Below are positions 1-12,378 of a stretch of 64,000 nt of DNA, one piece after another. The stretch lies in assembly GCA_964016885.1 (NCBI GenBank), contig OZ024756.1:14446001-14510000 (forward strand), in the 5' to 3' direction. Origin of the DNA: Eledone cirrhosa (lineage: Eukaryota). The notes below the pieces were generated by a model. That model saw only the letters and a program-made list of their open reading frames with translations, searched no databases and was not told the origin of the DNA. Made by a program: the position numbers and the translations under genes. Numbering within the stretch: the first letter of the stretch is position 1; each line of letters starts with the position of its first letter.

Positions 1-242
1 CTCCAGTTTACTCAGCTGTAGAAATGAGATGATAGGGACTGGGGTCCCTATCATTCCACTGCAAAGTGGTCGTGGAGGTGCCACGGCAAAAAAGCACCCA
101 GCACTCACTGTAAATGAGGTTGGTGTTAGGAAGGGCATCCAGCTGTAGAAATCAAGCCAGAATCAGTTCCCATCCCGCCCTTGCAAGCAGGGAAAAAGCG
201 GACGTAAAATGAAATGAAATGAAAATGATATATACACACACA

Positions 243-1206
243 CAGGGTGTAACAGGTAAATTGGGACCATTTAAATATATTTATTATAATTGGTATAACT
301 CGGAAAAAACAAACACTGTAAATTTTATGTTTATGCCAATTTATTGTGGAGTGTTTAGCATTTATTTAAGTTCAATGTGACTGCCATTTGCTTTCTTTAC
401 CAGTTCAATCTGCTTATGAAATGATACGTATGCCTTGACTATTTCTTCCTTTTTCATTTTGCTGAATGCTTGATTAATGGAAGCCTTCAGTGAAGACAGT
501 TGTGAGAAGTTGTATTGGATATTGCTTCAACTGCAGCCCATAGCCAAATATCACACAGATTCAAATCTGGTGAACTAAAAGGCTAGATATCTTTAGGGAC
601 AAACATGAGTAATTCCTTCTTCAAAAATTCTTGCATCATAATGCTTCTTAATCGAAGGCAATAAAACATCTAAGACTTTGAGATACTCTGCTGTGTTGAA
701 TTTAAGACCAGCTTCAATAAAATGAGGAGGCATCAATTTCCCATCACTTGCAACAGCTCCAAAGACCATAATGGAAGCCAGATTCTTGCTATGCATAGAT
801 GAAGGAACTTGGGAAGGGTTGGTGTGTTTTCACAGTTTGCAACTACGTCTACCTCGAACGTCTTTTCATCCACGAAGAAGCAGACGTTTCCACCATGATG
901 TTTCAGATGATTAACAAGTTTAGGACTTTTTTCAGCTCTAAAAACAGTAGATTTGGCAAACTTTGTGGCTCCAACACTCTCCCCAGCACTTTTACCGGTG
1001 CGGAATATTTCTGCAATTACATTTCTATGGTTTAATTCTTTATTAACATACTACTTTTTTTAAATTTCTTTTTTTTATTTCAGATTGAATAAATTATGAA
1101 TAAGTGATTACTCAAGCTGGTAATATTTAAAATTTAGACTCCAATAAAATCTATACAATTAGAAATATACCCATTTGAAACTTGTACCAATTTACCTGCT
1201 ACACTC
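243..1206 (-). mobile_element. Tc1/mariner-superfamily transposon relic
   Basis: Imperfect TIRs CAGGGTGTAACAGGTAAATTGG / CCAATTTACCTGCTACACTC. Transposase fragments IMVFGAVASDGKLMPPHFIEAGLKFNTAEYLKVL and SSPDLNLCD. Confidence 0.8.
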
Positions 1207-1535
1207 AATGAGGAGGTGCGAAACAGAATTTGGCAAACCCTCCGGCCCTATGAAGACCTGTTGACCATTGTAAAAAAACACAAATTGAGATGGTACGGGA
1301 ATGTGATAAGATCTTCAGGGCTTGCCAAGACGGTCCTGCAGGGAACAGTACAAGGAGGAAGGAAGAGAGGCAGTCAGAAAAAGAGATGGGAGGACAACAT
1401 CCCGGAATGGACAGGCATGAGGCCAGGTGCAACCATGAGGAAGTCAGAGAGGGAAGAGGAATGGAAGAAGCTGGTTACTAGGTCATCTGTGGCACCCCAA
1501 CAGTCCACCAGTCTATGGGACAGATAAGATAAGAA
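1207..1535 (+). mobile_element. RTE-clade LINE 3' fragment
   Basis: KKHKLRWYGNVIRSSGLAKTVLQGTVQGGRKRGSQKKRWEDNI, a typical RTE C-terminus. Confidence 0.8.
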
Positions 1536-1565
1536 AATAAGATATATATATATATAAACACACAT

Positions 1566-2790
1566 ACCAAGCCATGTATAGGGAAGCAGTCAGCAAAGTT
1601 AGGGTTAACAATGGCTATAGCGAGGAATTTAGCATACAGGTCGGTGTCCACGAGTATTGCAGGCTATAACAGAAGAGCTTAAGACCGGATGCCCATGGGA
1701 ACTTCTGTATGCGGATAATCTTTCACTTATAACTGAATCTATGGTGGAACTAGAGAAGACATTCCAAACATGGAAGGGACTAGAAAGAAGGGGTCTTAAA
1801 GTCAACCTAACAAAGACTAAGGTCCTCATAAGTAGACGAGAAAACAAAACCCAGATCCCCTCAGGGAAATGGCCTTGATCAGTATATAAGAAAGGTGTAG
1901 GTAGGAATTCCATGCTCTGCCCCAAATGAGGTACACAAGAGATGTAGTGGGATCTCAGGAAGCTTAGTTAGGAATGTAGGCTTTACATGCAGCAGCAAAC
2001 AGCCACAGGAAAAAAGCACTACCAAACACTGGGAGGGCTCTGTAGAAACAGTAGACAGCTTCTACTACCTAGGTGACCAAATTAGCAGCGGAGGTGGGTG
2101 TTCTGAAAGTACAGTAACCAGGGTAAGAACGGGATGGAAGAAGTTCTACTAGCTGCAAAAGGCCTTTCTCTCAAAATGAAAGGCAAACTGTATGATGCAC
2201 GCATACGAATAGCAATGTTACATGGTAGTGAGACCTGGGCGCTGTGTGTAGAAGACTTGCATAGATTAGAAAGAAACGAAGCCTGCATGCTCTGATGGAT
2301 GTGTAATAGTAATATACGCGAACGGCAAAGTATAAATGAATTGAGAGAGAAACTAGGCTAAGAGGAATCAAATGCTGTGTGCATGAGAGGAGGTTGCGTT
2401 GGTATGGACATGTGATGTGTATGAAGGATGACAGCTGCATAAAAGATGCAGAGCACTAGAAGTTGATGGAAGCCGCAGAGTGGGGAGACCCAAGAAGACC
2501 TGGGACGAGGTGATAAAAGCGGACCTTACCCAATTGCACCTCTCAAGGGCGATGACACACGGCCGTGACCTCTGGCATCATGCAGTAATACAGAAGACGC
2601 GACTTCCCACGGGAACAAGCCAAAACTGAAGCATATAGGCAATATGCCTGCATCTCCTCCCACTCCAAAGTGGTGTCGAGGTGTCACGGCAAAAAAGGAC
2701 CCAGCCCACACTGTAAAGTGGACGTGTAGGCGCCACAAAAAAAAAGCAACCAGCACTCACTGTGAATGAGGTTGGTGTTAGGAAGTTGGT
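1566..2790 (+). mobile_element. Decayed RTE LINE, relative of 3655-6060
   Basis: Frameshifted ELKTGCPWELLYADNL...KGLKVNLTKTKV and downstream RTE C-terminal motifs. Confidence 0.85.
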
Positions 2791-3231
2791 GTGGAGGCAC
2801 ATGGCTTAGTGGTTAGAGCATTGGGCTTGCAATCGAAAGGTTGTGAGTTCAATTCTCAGACCGGATGATGTGTTGTTTCCTTGAGCAAGACACTTTATTT
2901 CACATTGCTCCAGTTTACTCAGCTGTAGAAATGATATGATAGGGACTGGGGTCCCTATCATTCCACTGTAAGGAGGTGCCATGGCAAAAAAGCACCCAGC
3001 ACTCACTGTAAATGAGGTTGGTGTTAGGAAGGGCATCCAGCTGTAAAAATCAAGCCAAAATCAGTTCCCGTATGAGCAAGACAAGGTCACCCGACCTAAC
3101 ATTGCCCACAACAGGACAACCCGTCTAACCCATGCTAGCGTGGAAGAATGGACGTAAAATGATGATGATGATGATGACATACATACATATATGTGTTAGC
3201 AGAAGTAAAAGGTAAATATGTAGAGGCTTAC

Positions 3232-3602
3232 CATTGCATTGATTGTGGCTGGTAATGGTACAAAGCTGCTGGTTGTGGTCTTTGGAATACTAAAGCTTGG
3301 TGGCACTGGTGAGTCAAGATCCTTCACATCCCACCTTCGTTTATTCATTGAAGACAGAGGATCAGCTAATGAGACGGGTGTCACACTATGTGTGACAGCC
3401 TGTCGTCCAGCCAGAGATGGTACGTTAGCCAGCAGTGAACCTGGTGAATTACTGGTATTGGTACTAGCGGTGTGTCTCTGTAGCTCAGGGTTGGCTGCTG
3501 CTGCCGCAGTTCTGTGAGCTGTTGAGATGTGGTCAAATGGTGAGTGGTATGTCTGTGTGAAGTTCGTGGCTGGACAGGTGATAGGAGTATTGCTGGATGT
3601 GT
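3232..3602 (-). CDS. NEDD1: NEDD1 coding exon 12 (DTSSNTPITCP...PLPATINAM)
   Basis: 371 nt open; long pyrimidine tract plus CAG, GTAAGC donor; S/T/P-rich linker. Confidence 0.82.
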
Positions 3603-3654
3603 CTGAAGAAAAGATAAAAAGAGAGAACTATTGAGAAAGTGTTGGTATTAGGTT

Positions 3655-6060
3655 CATCATCATCATCATCATCATCGTTTAACGTCCGTGTTCCACGCTT
3701 GCATGGGTTTGGACGGGGGTTTTCCCACTTGAGGCAAGAGTGATTTGTCTTGCTCGCATAGGACTGTCTGGCAGGTTTTCTACAGTTGGATGCCCTTCCT
3801 AACACCAACCACATTTACAGTGTGGGGCTGGGAGGTTTTTACCGTGTTGCCTACACGGCCACATTACAGCGTGGACTGTGTGTTTTTTGTCGTGACACCT
3901 ACACGATCTCATTTGTTTCGGCCTGGATGGTATGGCACCAACATAACTTTACATAGGAGGGGGTGGTGTGGATGGGGTGGGGGTGGTGGGACGGGGGGTG
4001 TATTTTGTTAGAGATGCCTACTGGCTGTAGTAGGTTTTACTATGTATTTAGGTAAGACGGGTCTTCTCTATTACTGAGTACCGCCAAAGGTCTCGGTCCA
4101 GTGACATTGTCTTGGAGAGGTGTAAGTGTGTGAGGTCGGAGTTTATCAGCTCGTCCCAGGATTTTCTAGGTCTGCCTATTCCGTGGCTACCGTCTATCTT
4201 TATTGCCCTGCACTTTGTTATACAGCTATCGACTTTCATGCGTAGCCTTCTCTCGAGTAAACAACATCTGATCCCTCTTATTTCTAATTTTTTCCTTAGT
4301 TCGTTTATGCTTTGCCGTTCACGTATATTACTATTACACATCCAGCGGAGCATGCAAGCTTCGTTCCTCTCTAGTCTGCATATATCCTCTGCACACAATG
4401 CCCAGGTCTCACTGCCATGCAACATTACTGTTCGTATGCAGGCATCATACAACCTGCCTTTCATTTTTAGGGAGAACCCTTTAGCGGCTAATAGTGGTAT
4501 AAGCTCTCTGAACTTTTTCCATCCAGTTCTGACTCTAGCTACTGTACTTTCAGAGCACCCTCCCCCACTGCTGATTTTGTCACCCAGGTAACGGAAGCTG
4601 TCCACTATTTCTATAGAGCCCTCTGCGCAGTTGTAAGAGCTAGTATTTTGTGGGCACTTGCTGCTACTTATTGCACCAGAGCACCGCCCACATGTAAAAT
4701 CTATGTTCTTAGTTAGCTTACCTGTGATCCCACTACATCTTTTATGCACCCATACTTTGCATTTGGGACATAAAATGGAGTTTCTACCTACGCCTTTCCT
4801 ACACACTGAGCATGGCCATTTCCCGGAAGGGACCGCCGCCTTATTTTCTTTCCTACAAACTAGAACTTTAGTCTTAGCCAGGTTAATTTTAAGGCCTTTT
4901 GATTCTAGGCCGTGCTTCCATGTTTGGAATTTCTTCTCTAGCTCGGCCATTGATTCAGCTATGAGTGTCAGGTCGTCTGCGTATAGGAGTTGCCATGGGC
5001 AGCCGGTCTTGAACTCCTCTGTTATAGCCTGAAGGGCAATAATAAATAGTAGGGGGCTGAGAACAGAGCCCTGATGGACGCCAACTTTTACGCTAAACTC
5101 TTCACTATATTCGTTGTTAATTCTAACCTTGCTGACTGTTTCTTTATACATGGCTTGTATAGCTCTCACAAGCCATTCGTCGACACCTAGTTTTCTAAGG
5201 GCCCACCAGATAATGGAACGAGGGACTCTGTCGAAGGCTTTCTCCAAGTCAACAAAAGCTAAGTAGAGGGGTTTACCTTTAGCTAGGTACTTCTCCTGTA
5301 GTTGACGTACAATGAAAAGAGCGTCTGTGGTACTTTTGCCTGACACAAACCCGAACTGCATTTCATCTAGGTCAATTCTCTCTCTGATTAGTTGCGCTAT
5401 TACTTTTTCCGTGACCTTCATGACCTGGTCGATTAATTTAATGTCTCTATAGTTACTCCTATCTAGGGCATCTCCTTTACCCTTATAACAGTTAACGATG
5501 ATGCTGCTATGCCAGTCCTTCGGAACAACCCCATTCTGTACGACTTGGTTAACTATCCGGGTGACCATAGTGTGTCCCACCGTGCCAGATGCCTTCAGCA
5601 TCTCAGCAACTATTTCCGAAGGCCCAGCCGCCTTACCCGTCATCATATCCTTGATTGCCTTACTTATTATACTACCCTCGACTAACACTGCTGGTCCCTC
5701 TATTGGGTCGATGTGGGGGAGACTGTCTTTCTCCCATTTATTCTCCTCATTTAGTAGCCTTTCATAGTGACACTTCCAAGCTACCTTCTTATCAGCGTCG
5801 GTGATGGCAAGTACGCCGTCAACATTAAGTACACACTTCTCCCCGACAATATCACGGTTTTCCTTGACACATTGCCTAGCAATCCTGAACACCTCACGTT
5901 TTTGGTCCTCGCGTTGTAGAACATGCTTGAACTTTCTTTCCTCTGCTTCCCTTCTTGCGAAGTACACTTGTCTCCTAGCTTCCCTCCTGGCCACTTGATA
6001 GTCTTCTCTACTTCCCCCATCCCGCCATACTTTCCAAGCCTTAATTGACCCCTCCACCTT
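3655..6060 (-). mobile_element. 5'-truncated RTE LINE: 669-codon RT ORF (4048-6057), 3' UTR and (ATG)n tail
   Basis: RT motifs QFGF, AFVDLEKAFDRV, GVHQGSVLSPLLF, YADD, FRYLG; Cys-rich insert; no endonuclease domain present. Confidence 0.95.
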
Positions 6061-6855
6061 ACTATATATGTGTGTTTGTGTGTGTGAGTCCTGGGTTCAA
6101 TCGGGCGTAACCACAGTAAGTAAGGTACTCAATACATTAGTAGAGTATATACAGAATCTAATATAGAAATGACACTTCTACAGGACTAGAACCTTCACTC
6201 AAGTCCTGATGATTTCTTTTGAATGAAACAGCTCTAGTCCTGTAGTCGTGGCACCTCCACGACCACTTTACAGTGGGAGGGGGGGGAGGCATATTGTCTA
6301 TATGCTTCAGCTTCGGCTTGTACCCGTAGGGGGGGTTGAGTCTTCTGTATTACTGCGTGACACAGTGACTGATCGGCCTGATTTGCATATTAGCTGATCC
6401 ACTGATCCAGGCCGATCAGTCACTGTGTATTTTTGAAAATATCATATATTTTCACTAGCTCTGACAGATTGGCAGGTGAACAGTGAGCTGTACTGATGAA
6501 CATTAGAGTCTGTAGTTCTGTTCACATGCCAACAGCAAGAATGAAGTGTTCATTCTACTGACATGGCTATAAAATTGAGGCTTGTTTGCATAATTGAAAA
6601 CGAATCGAATGTTATTAATATTCTAAAAATTCAGATTACATTTATTGTATTCAGACATGTAGAGCAAACATTTTCTGTTTTACAATATACATATATATAT
6701 ATATATACATATATATATACATATATATATACATATATATATACAGAGTCGGATCAGATCGATACAGATCGAACCTTGAGCTGATCAGTGGCGAAACGCG
6801 CGTCACCAACCAATAATTGTAATGAAGGAGTAACCAATCGTCCTTGTTATTTTAT

Positions 6856-6915
<60 letters not shown>

Positions 6916-8052
6916 ATAATAATAAATTTGAAGACTAAAATCCAAAGAGGGCTCGATAAGGAAAAATATATATCAAATATATAAGAACCGTAGAGCAAAT
7001 ATTTATTAAAATAACAGATTAAAGTTTAAGCAAAGAATCGATGCTTTCACCCTTAACGAGATCTTCTGAAACTAAAAAAAATCAATCTGTAAACGCAGAA
7101 GTAAATATTTCGAAAAACATTGCAACCGAAGACGATACTTTGGTTCGTGGAGACGTTCCCTGGCAAAGAACGGAAAACAACGAAGATAATACGTCATTAT
7201 TTGGAGCGGTGAGAACAATTACAAAACCACGTTTATGGTATAAATGAAGTCGTAGACTAATATTCTATTAGGTGGTTCGTGGAGACGTTCCCTGGCAATG
7301 AACGGAAAAAATGAAGATAGTACGTCATATGTGGAGTGATGAGAACAATTACGTGCAAAGACAAAACCACATTTATGGTAAAACTGAAGTTGTAGACTAA
7401 AATTCTATTTAGGAAACTGTTCATTGCCAGGGAATGTTTCCACGAACCACCTAATAGAATATTAGTCTACGACTTCATTTATACCATAAACGTGGTTTTG
7501 TAACTGTTCTCACCGCTCCAAATAATAACGTATTATCTTCGTTTTTTTCCCGTTCTTTGCCAGGGAACGTCTCCACGAACCAAAGTATCATCTTCCTTCG
7601 GTTGCAACGTTTTTCGAAATATTTACTTCTGCGTTTACAGATTGATTTTTTTTATATGTATTTGATGAGGATGGCATACACATATATATATATATATCAT
7701 CAACATCACTGTTTAACATCCATTTTCCATGCTAGCATGGGTTAGATGATTGGTCCTGACATTGTGAGACATGTCAGATCAGATGATTGTGGTTTGTTCA
7801 TACAGAACTGTTTCTGGCTTAGTTTCTATAGCTGAATGCCCTTCTTAATGCCAACCATTTCACAGCATGGACTGGGTGCTTTTTGTCGTGCCACCAGCAA
7901 TACAACCACTTTACAGGGTAGACTAGGTACTTTTTATCATGTCAGCACCACATCCACTTTATAGGGTGGATTGGGTACTGAGAGCACAGATGGAGAGAGA
8001 GAAGAAGTGTGAGAAGGTATAACAGAAATCAAATAAGATTTATTGATCTTAC

Positions 8053-8101
8053 CTTCATCTATTTGTTGTAATAAATGACCATCATGTGAGGCTTGCGGTA
8101 A
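8053..8101 (-). CDS. NEDD1: NEDD1 coding exon 11 (LPQASHDGHLLQQIDE)
   Basis: 49 nt; TACTAAC branch site, pyrimidine tract and CAG; AG/GTAAGA donor; restores phase between exons 10 and 12. Confidence 0.75.
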
Positions 8102-8373
8102 CTGTGTGGGTAGAAAGAAGGTGGACAATGGTTAGTAGTGTGAGTGACCATCATCATTTCACGTACATTTTTCAACGACAGCATGGGTTAGACGAGTTGT
8201 CCTGTTGTGGGCAATGTTAGGCCAGGTGACCATGTCTTGCTCATACAGCACTGATTTTGGCTTGGTTGCTACGGCTGGATGCCCTTCCTAACGCCAACCT
8301 CATTTACAGTGTGTGTGTGTATATATATCTATATACATATATAGTTTGGATGTGTCTTTGCACATATAACCTC

Positions 8374-8463
8374 ACATATCTGATGAGATGTTGAAGAAGA
8401 GTAGGGCCTTGGTCATTATGATTATACTGTGAACTGATTGATATTGAAACAATTGTAATATGT
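8374..8463 (+). ncRNA. Type I hammerhead ribozyme motif, extended stem II
   Basis: ACATAT-CTGATGA-GATGTT...GATATT-GAAA-CAATTG-TA-ATATGT, then AATAAA. Confidence 0.7.
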
Positions 8464-8658
8464 CAATAAAGTTTATATATATGCTGCAACACTGACTTTG
8501 ATCCTACTTACTTTATTTCCACTCTGCATACTACAGCTGCCTTACTGCCTTAACTCTGGAATACTACCCAACATAACATGAACCTTGACACCCCATAGAA
8601 TGCTTCAAACGGCATGCCACCTGTAGCTGTAGTTACACATTTAATTAACACACACACA

Positions 8659-8698
<40 letters not shown>

Positions 8699-10671
8699 AG
8701 TTAATATAAATTAATATATATGATAAACACTAATACAATTATATAAGTGTTTGTATTGTAAATGACCAAGTTAGCTAGATTGAAAAATACTAATTTATAT
8801 TAACTTGTATTTCACGGCTCAGAAATATTTCTTTCTTTGAGCTATTTAATTGTAAAAGACTGAGTTTATAACTCTATATATAGTATATATATATTTGAAA
8901 AAAAGGAAAAGAATGACTTCACTTGTAGTGTTAAATAATTTGATTTAATTTTATAATATTATGAGTTGGTAGATCTAGTAAGTTCTTTGTTAACTTCGGT
9001 GGGAAGAATTTTAAAGATTCCTGGTTAACTTTGTTGGAGAATTTTCTTGCATTCGGCGGTGGCTATTGTCAAACTGAGATGAGGTTGTGTGTGATGTGTG
9101 ACTCTATATATAAGAGAGATTTGGATGTGTGTGGGGTGTGGTATTAATGAGTGTTGATGAAGATTTGGAGGAATTAAAGCATACACACACACATATACGC
9201 ACACACACACACACACACACATACATACACATACACACATATATACACTCAGAAAATTGTGAGGTTGACATCAAGATAAGGGTATTTGAGAAGGTGGTTG
9301 TAAACATCCCCTCCTGCTGGTTTTATTTCATTAGCTGACCCTTGATGAGTATATAATGGCAGGGTGTTTTTCAAATCCGTTTCTTATAGCTGAATCAACT
9401 CTCTTAAATTTATAAAGAATATCTTCTACAAATTTCTATATCAAAGATGAATTTAGGTGCTTGTCTGGTGGCGGTGGTGGGTTTTAATGAGGTGTAAGAT
9501 ACATGTCTTTTGATAAGAATGGGATGACAGTAAAAAGAGGAAAGAAGGAAAGTTTGGGAACATTTGTCAAAGATGTGTTGTTGATATTGGTTTGGGAGAG
9601 GAAGTGTGGGGGGAGGGGGACACATGCTGGCTTACATATTCACTTCCCTATATGTAAATATATCTACAGTCCATATATATTACATACATACACATATATA
9701 TATATATATGTGTGTGTATACATATGTGTGTGTGAATCTTCATCAACACTAACTCCACACCCCAGACACATCCAAATCTCTCATATATAGAGTCACACAT
9801 CACAACACAACCTGATCTCAGTTTGACAATCGCCACCGACGAATGCGAGAAAGTTCTCCAACCAAAGTTAACCAGGAATCTTTAAAATTCTTCCCACCAA
9901 AGTTAACAAAGAACTTATTAGATCTACCAACTCATAATATTATAATATTATAAAATTAAATCAAATTATTTAACACAAGTGAAGTCATTCTTTTCCTTTT
10001 TTTCAAATATACCTAACTGTACCAAGGATCTCACACATTTTCCTATATATATATATATAAAAGTAAGTAGGAATGAAGTCACTGCTGCAGCATATAAACA
10101 ACATTGAATTTGATCCTATTTACACTACAGCTGCCTTTGGAATACAACCCAATATGAGATGGACCTTGTAACGGCATCGACTGCTTAGAATGGTGCACCA
10201 CCTGTAACTGTAGTTACACACTTACCTAACACATATCATCATCACCGTTTTACGTCCGTTCTTCCATGCTAGCATGGGTTAGACGGGTTGTCCTGTTGTG
10301 GGCAGTGTCCGGTCGGCTGACCTTGTCTTGCTCATACAGGAACTGATTCTGGCTTGATTTCTACAGCTGGATGCCCTTCCTAACACCAACCTCATTTACA
10401 GTGAGTGCTGGGCGCTTTTTTTCCGCGGCGCCCCCACGACCACTTTGCAGTGGAATGATAGGCACCCCAGTTCTATCATCTCATTTCTACAGCTGACTAA
10501 ACTGGAGCAATGTGAAATAAAGTGTCTTGCTCAAAGAAACAACACATCACCCAGTCCGAGAATTGAACTCACAACCTTTCGATTGCAAGCCCAATGCTCT
10601 AACCACTAATATATATATAAATATATATATATGGCAAGTAAGTATGTTTTGAAACAGTGAGCGAGTTTGAA

Positions 10672-10871
10672 ATTAGAAAATATATAGCTTTCACCGTATT
10701 TTTGACTAAAGGAATTTTAGCTTGATAACGGGGTTTAGAACCCTCAGATAAATGGAAAAAGATGAGTATTGACGTACTCATCTTTTTCCATTTATCTGAG
10801 GGTTCTAAACCCCGTTATCAAGCTAAAATTCCTTTAGTCAAAAATACGGTGAAAGCTATATATTTTCTAAT
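10672..10871. repeat. Perfect inverted repeat, 97-bp arms and 6-nt loop, between (TA)n tracts
   Basis: 10672-10768 is the reverse complement of 10775-10871; loop TTGACG. Confidence 0.95.
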
Positions 10872-10946
10872 ATATATATATAACAATGATCATAATAATT
10901 TATTTCTACATGGATCAATAAATAAAATATTTGAAACGTGACTGAC

Positions 10947-11074
10947 CTGAAAGGATTGTTCAGTGAATGATGGCCACAATAAACTGGCCATACTTTGGTT
11001 GGAACTGACATCAGAACGGGCAAAACTAGCATTGGCACTGGCGGGAGAAAATAAACAGTGACCTAATACATCAC
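10947..11074 (-). CDS. NEDD1: NEDD1 coding exon 10 (GDVLGHCLFSPASANASF...EQSFQ)
   Basis: 128 nt; ctctattacag acceptor, CAG/GTCAGT donor; FSP motif as in the NEDD1 linker. Confidence 0.75.
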
Positions 11075-11089
11075 CTGTAATAGAGATAT

Positions 11090-11600
11090 GTTGCCATTAG
11101 TTACATGTAGCATATCTTGGTGTTGGCTACATGTGGCATGTGCCCGGTGCTGGCAACATGCGGCAAACCTTGGTGTTTGCTACATGTGGCATGCAATAGT
11201 GCTGGCTACATGCGGCACACCTTGGTGTTGGCTACATGGGGCACGTGCCCGGTGCTGGCAACATGCGGCAAACCTTGGTGTTTGCTACATGTGGCATGTG
11301 CCCAGTGCTGGCTATATGCGACACCTTTGTGTTTGCTACATGGGGCATGCAATGGTGCTGGCTACATGTGGCATGTGCCCGTGATGGCTACATGCAGTAC
11401 ACCTTGGTGTTTGCTACATGTGGCGTGCAATGGCATTGGCTACATGTGGCATGTATTGGTGTTGGCTACATGCAGCATCTGTTGGTGTTGGCTACATGTG
11501 GCATGTATTGGTGTTGGCTACATGTAGCAGCTGTTGGTGTTGGTTACATGTAGAATTTGTTGGTGTTGATGACATGTGGCATGTGTTGGTGTCGGCTACA
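11090..11600. repeat. Degenerate tandem repeat built on GCTACATGTGGCA
   Basis: Recurrent TTGGTGTTGGCTACATGTGGCATG subunits. Confidence 0.85.
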
Positions 11601-12103
11601 TGTAGAGAAACACACACACACACATATACATATAAACACACACACACACACATACATATAGACAGACATACACACACACAATCACACCCACCCACCCACA
11701 TATAGAGACACAACCACACCCACCCACACACATAGACAGACATACACAATCACACCCACCCATACACATATAGACAGACATACACAACCACACCCACCCA
11801 CACATAGACAGACATACACAATCACACCCACCCACACATATAGATAGACATACACAATCACACCCACCCACACACACAGACAGACATACACAACCACACC
11901 CACCCACACACATAGACAGACATACACAACCACAACCACCCACACAGATAGACATACACAACCACACCCACCTCACACAATCACACCCACCCACATACAT
12001 ATAGGCAGACACACAATCACACCCACACACACAATCGCCCCCCCCCCCCCCCCCCCCACACATATGAACATCCAGCTAGAGTGGAAGACAAGGTAATACA
12101 GAC

Positions 12104-12160
12104 CTGGCTGCTGGTCAGCTCCAACAGATAGGAGAGGAGACATGTGAGCAGTGATACCAC
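12104..12160 (-). CDS. NEDD1: NEDD1 coding exon 9 (GGITAHMSPLLSVGADQQP)
   Basis: 57 nt; tttcag acceptor, CAG/GTCTGT donor; phase 1-1. Confidence 0.68.
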
Positions 12161-12189
12161 CTGAAACGATACATCATTGTCATTACTAA

Positions 12190-12378
12190 GGGCAGTGAAC
12201 TGGCAGTATCGGTAGAGGGTCGGACGCCATGCTTTCTAGCATAGTTACGTCCCTTTACTGTCTAAGTTCAAATCCCGTCGAGGTTAACTTTGCCTTTCAT
12301 CCTTACGGGGTCGATAAAATAAAGTACCAGTAATGTACTGTTTAATTGCTGGCCTTGTGCCAAAAGTAGAAACAATTA
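12190..12378 (+). mobile_element. tRNA-derived SINE family B; clusters at 12759-13500 and 13865-14420(-), also 16797-16910, 46261-46433, 62610-62790, 62976-63158
   Basis: B box GTTCAAATCCC, core TTGCCTTTCATCCTTACGGGGTCGATAAAATAAAGTACCAGT, 3' GGCCTTGTGCC...AGAAACAATT. Confidence 0.88.

Noticed and set aside
6201-6245. Hammerhead at CTGATGA...GAAACAGCTCTA
   Set aside because: Stem I does not pair; at best a degenerate remnant.
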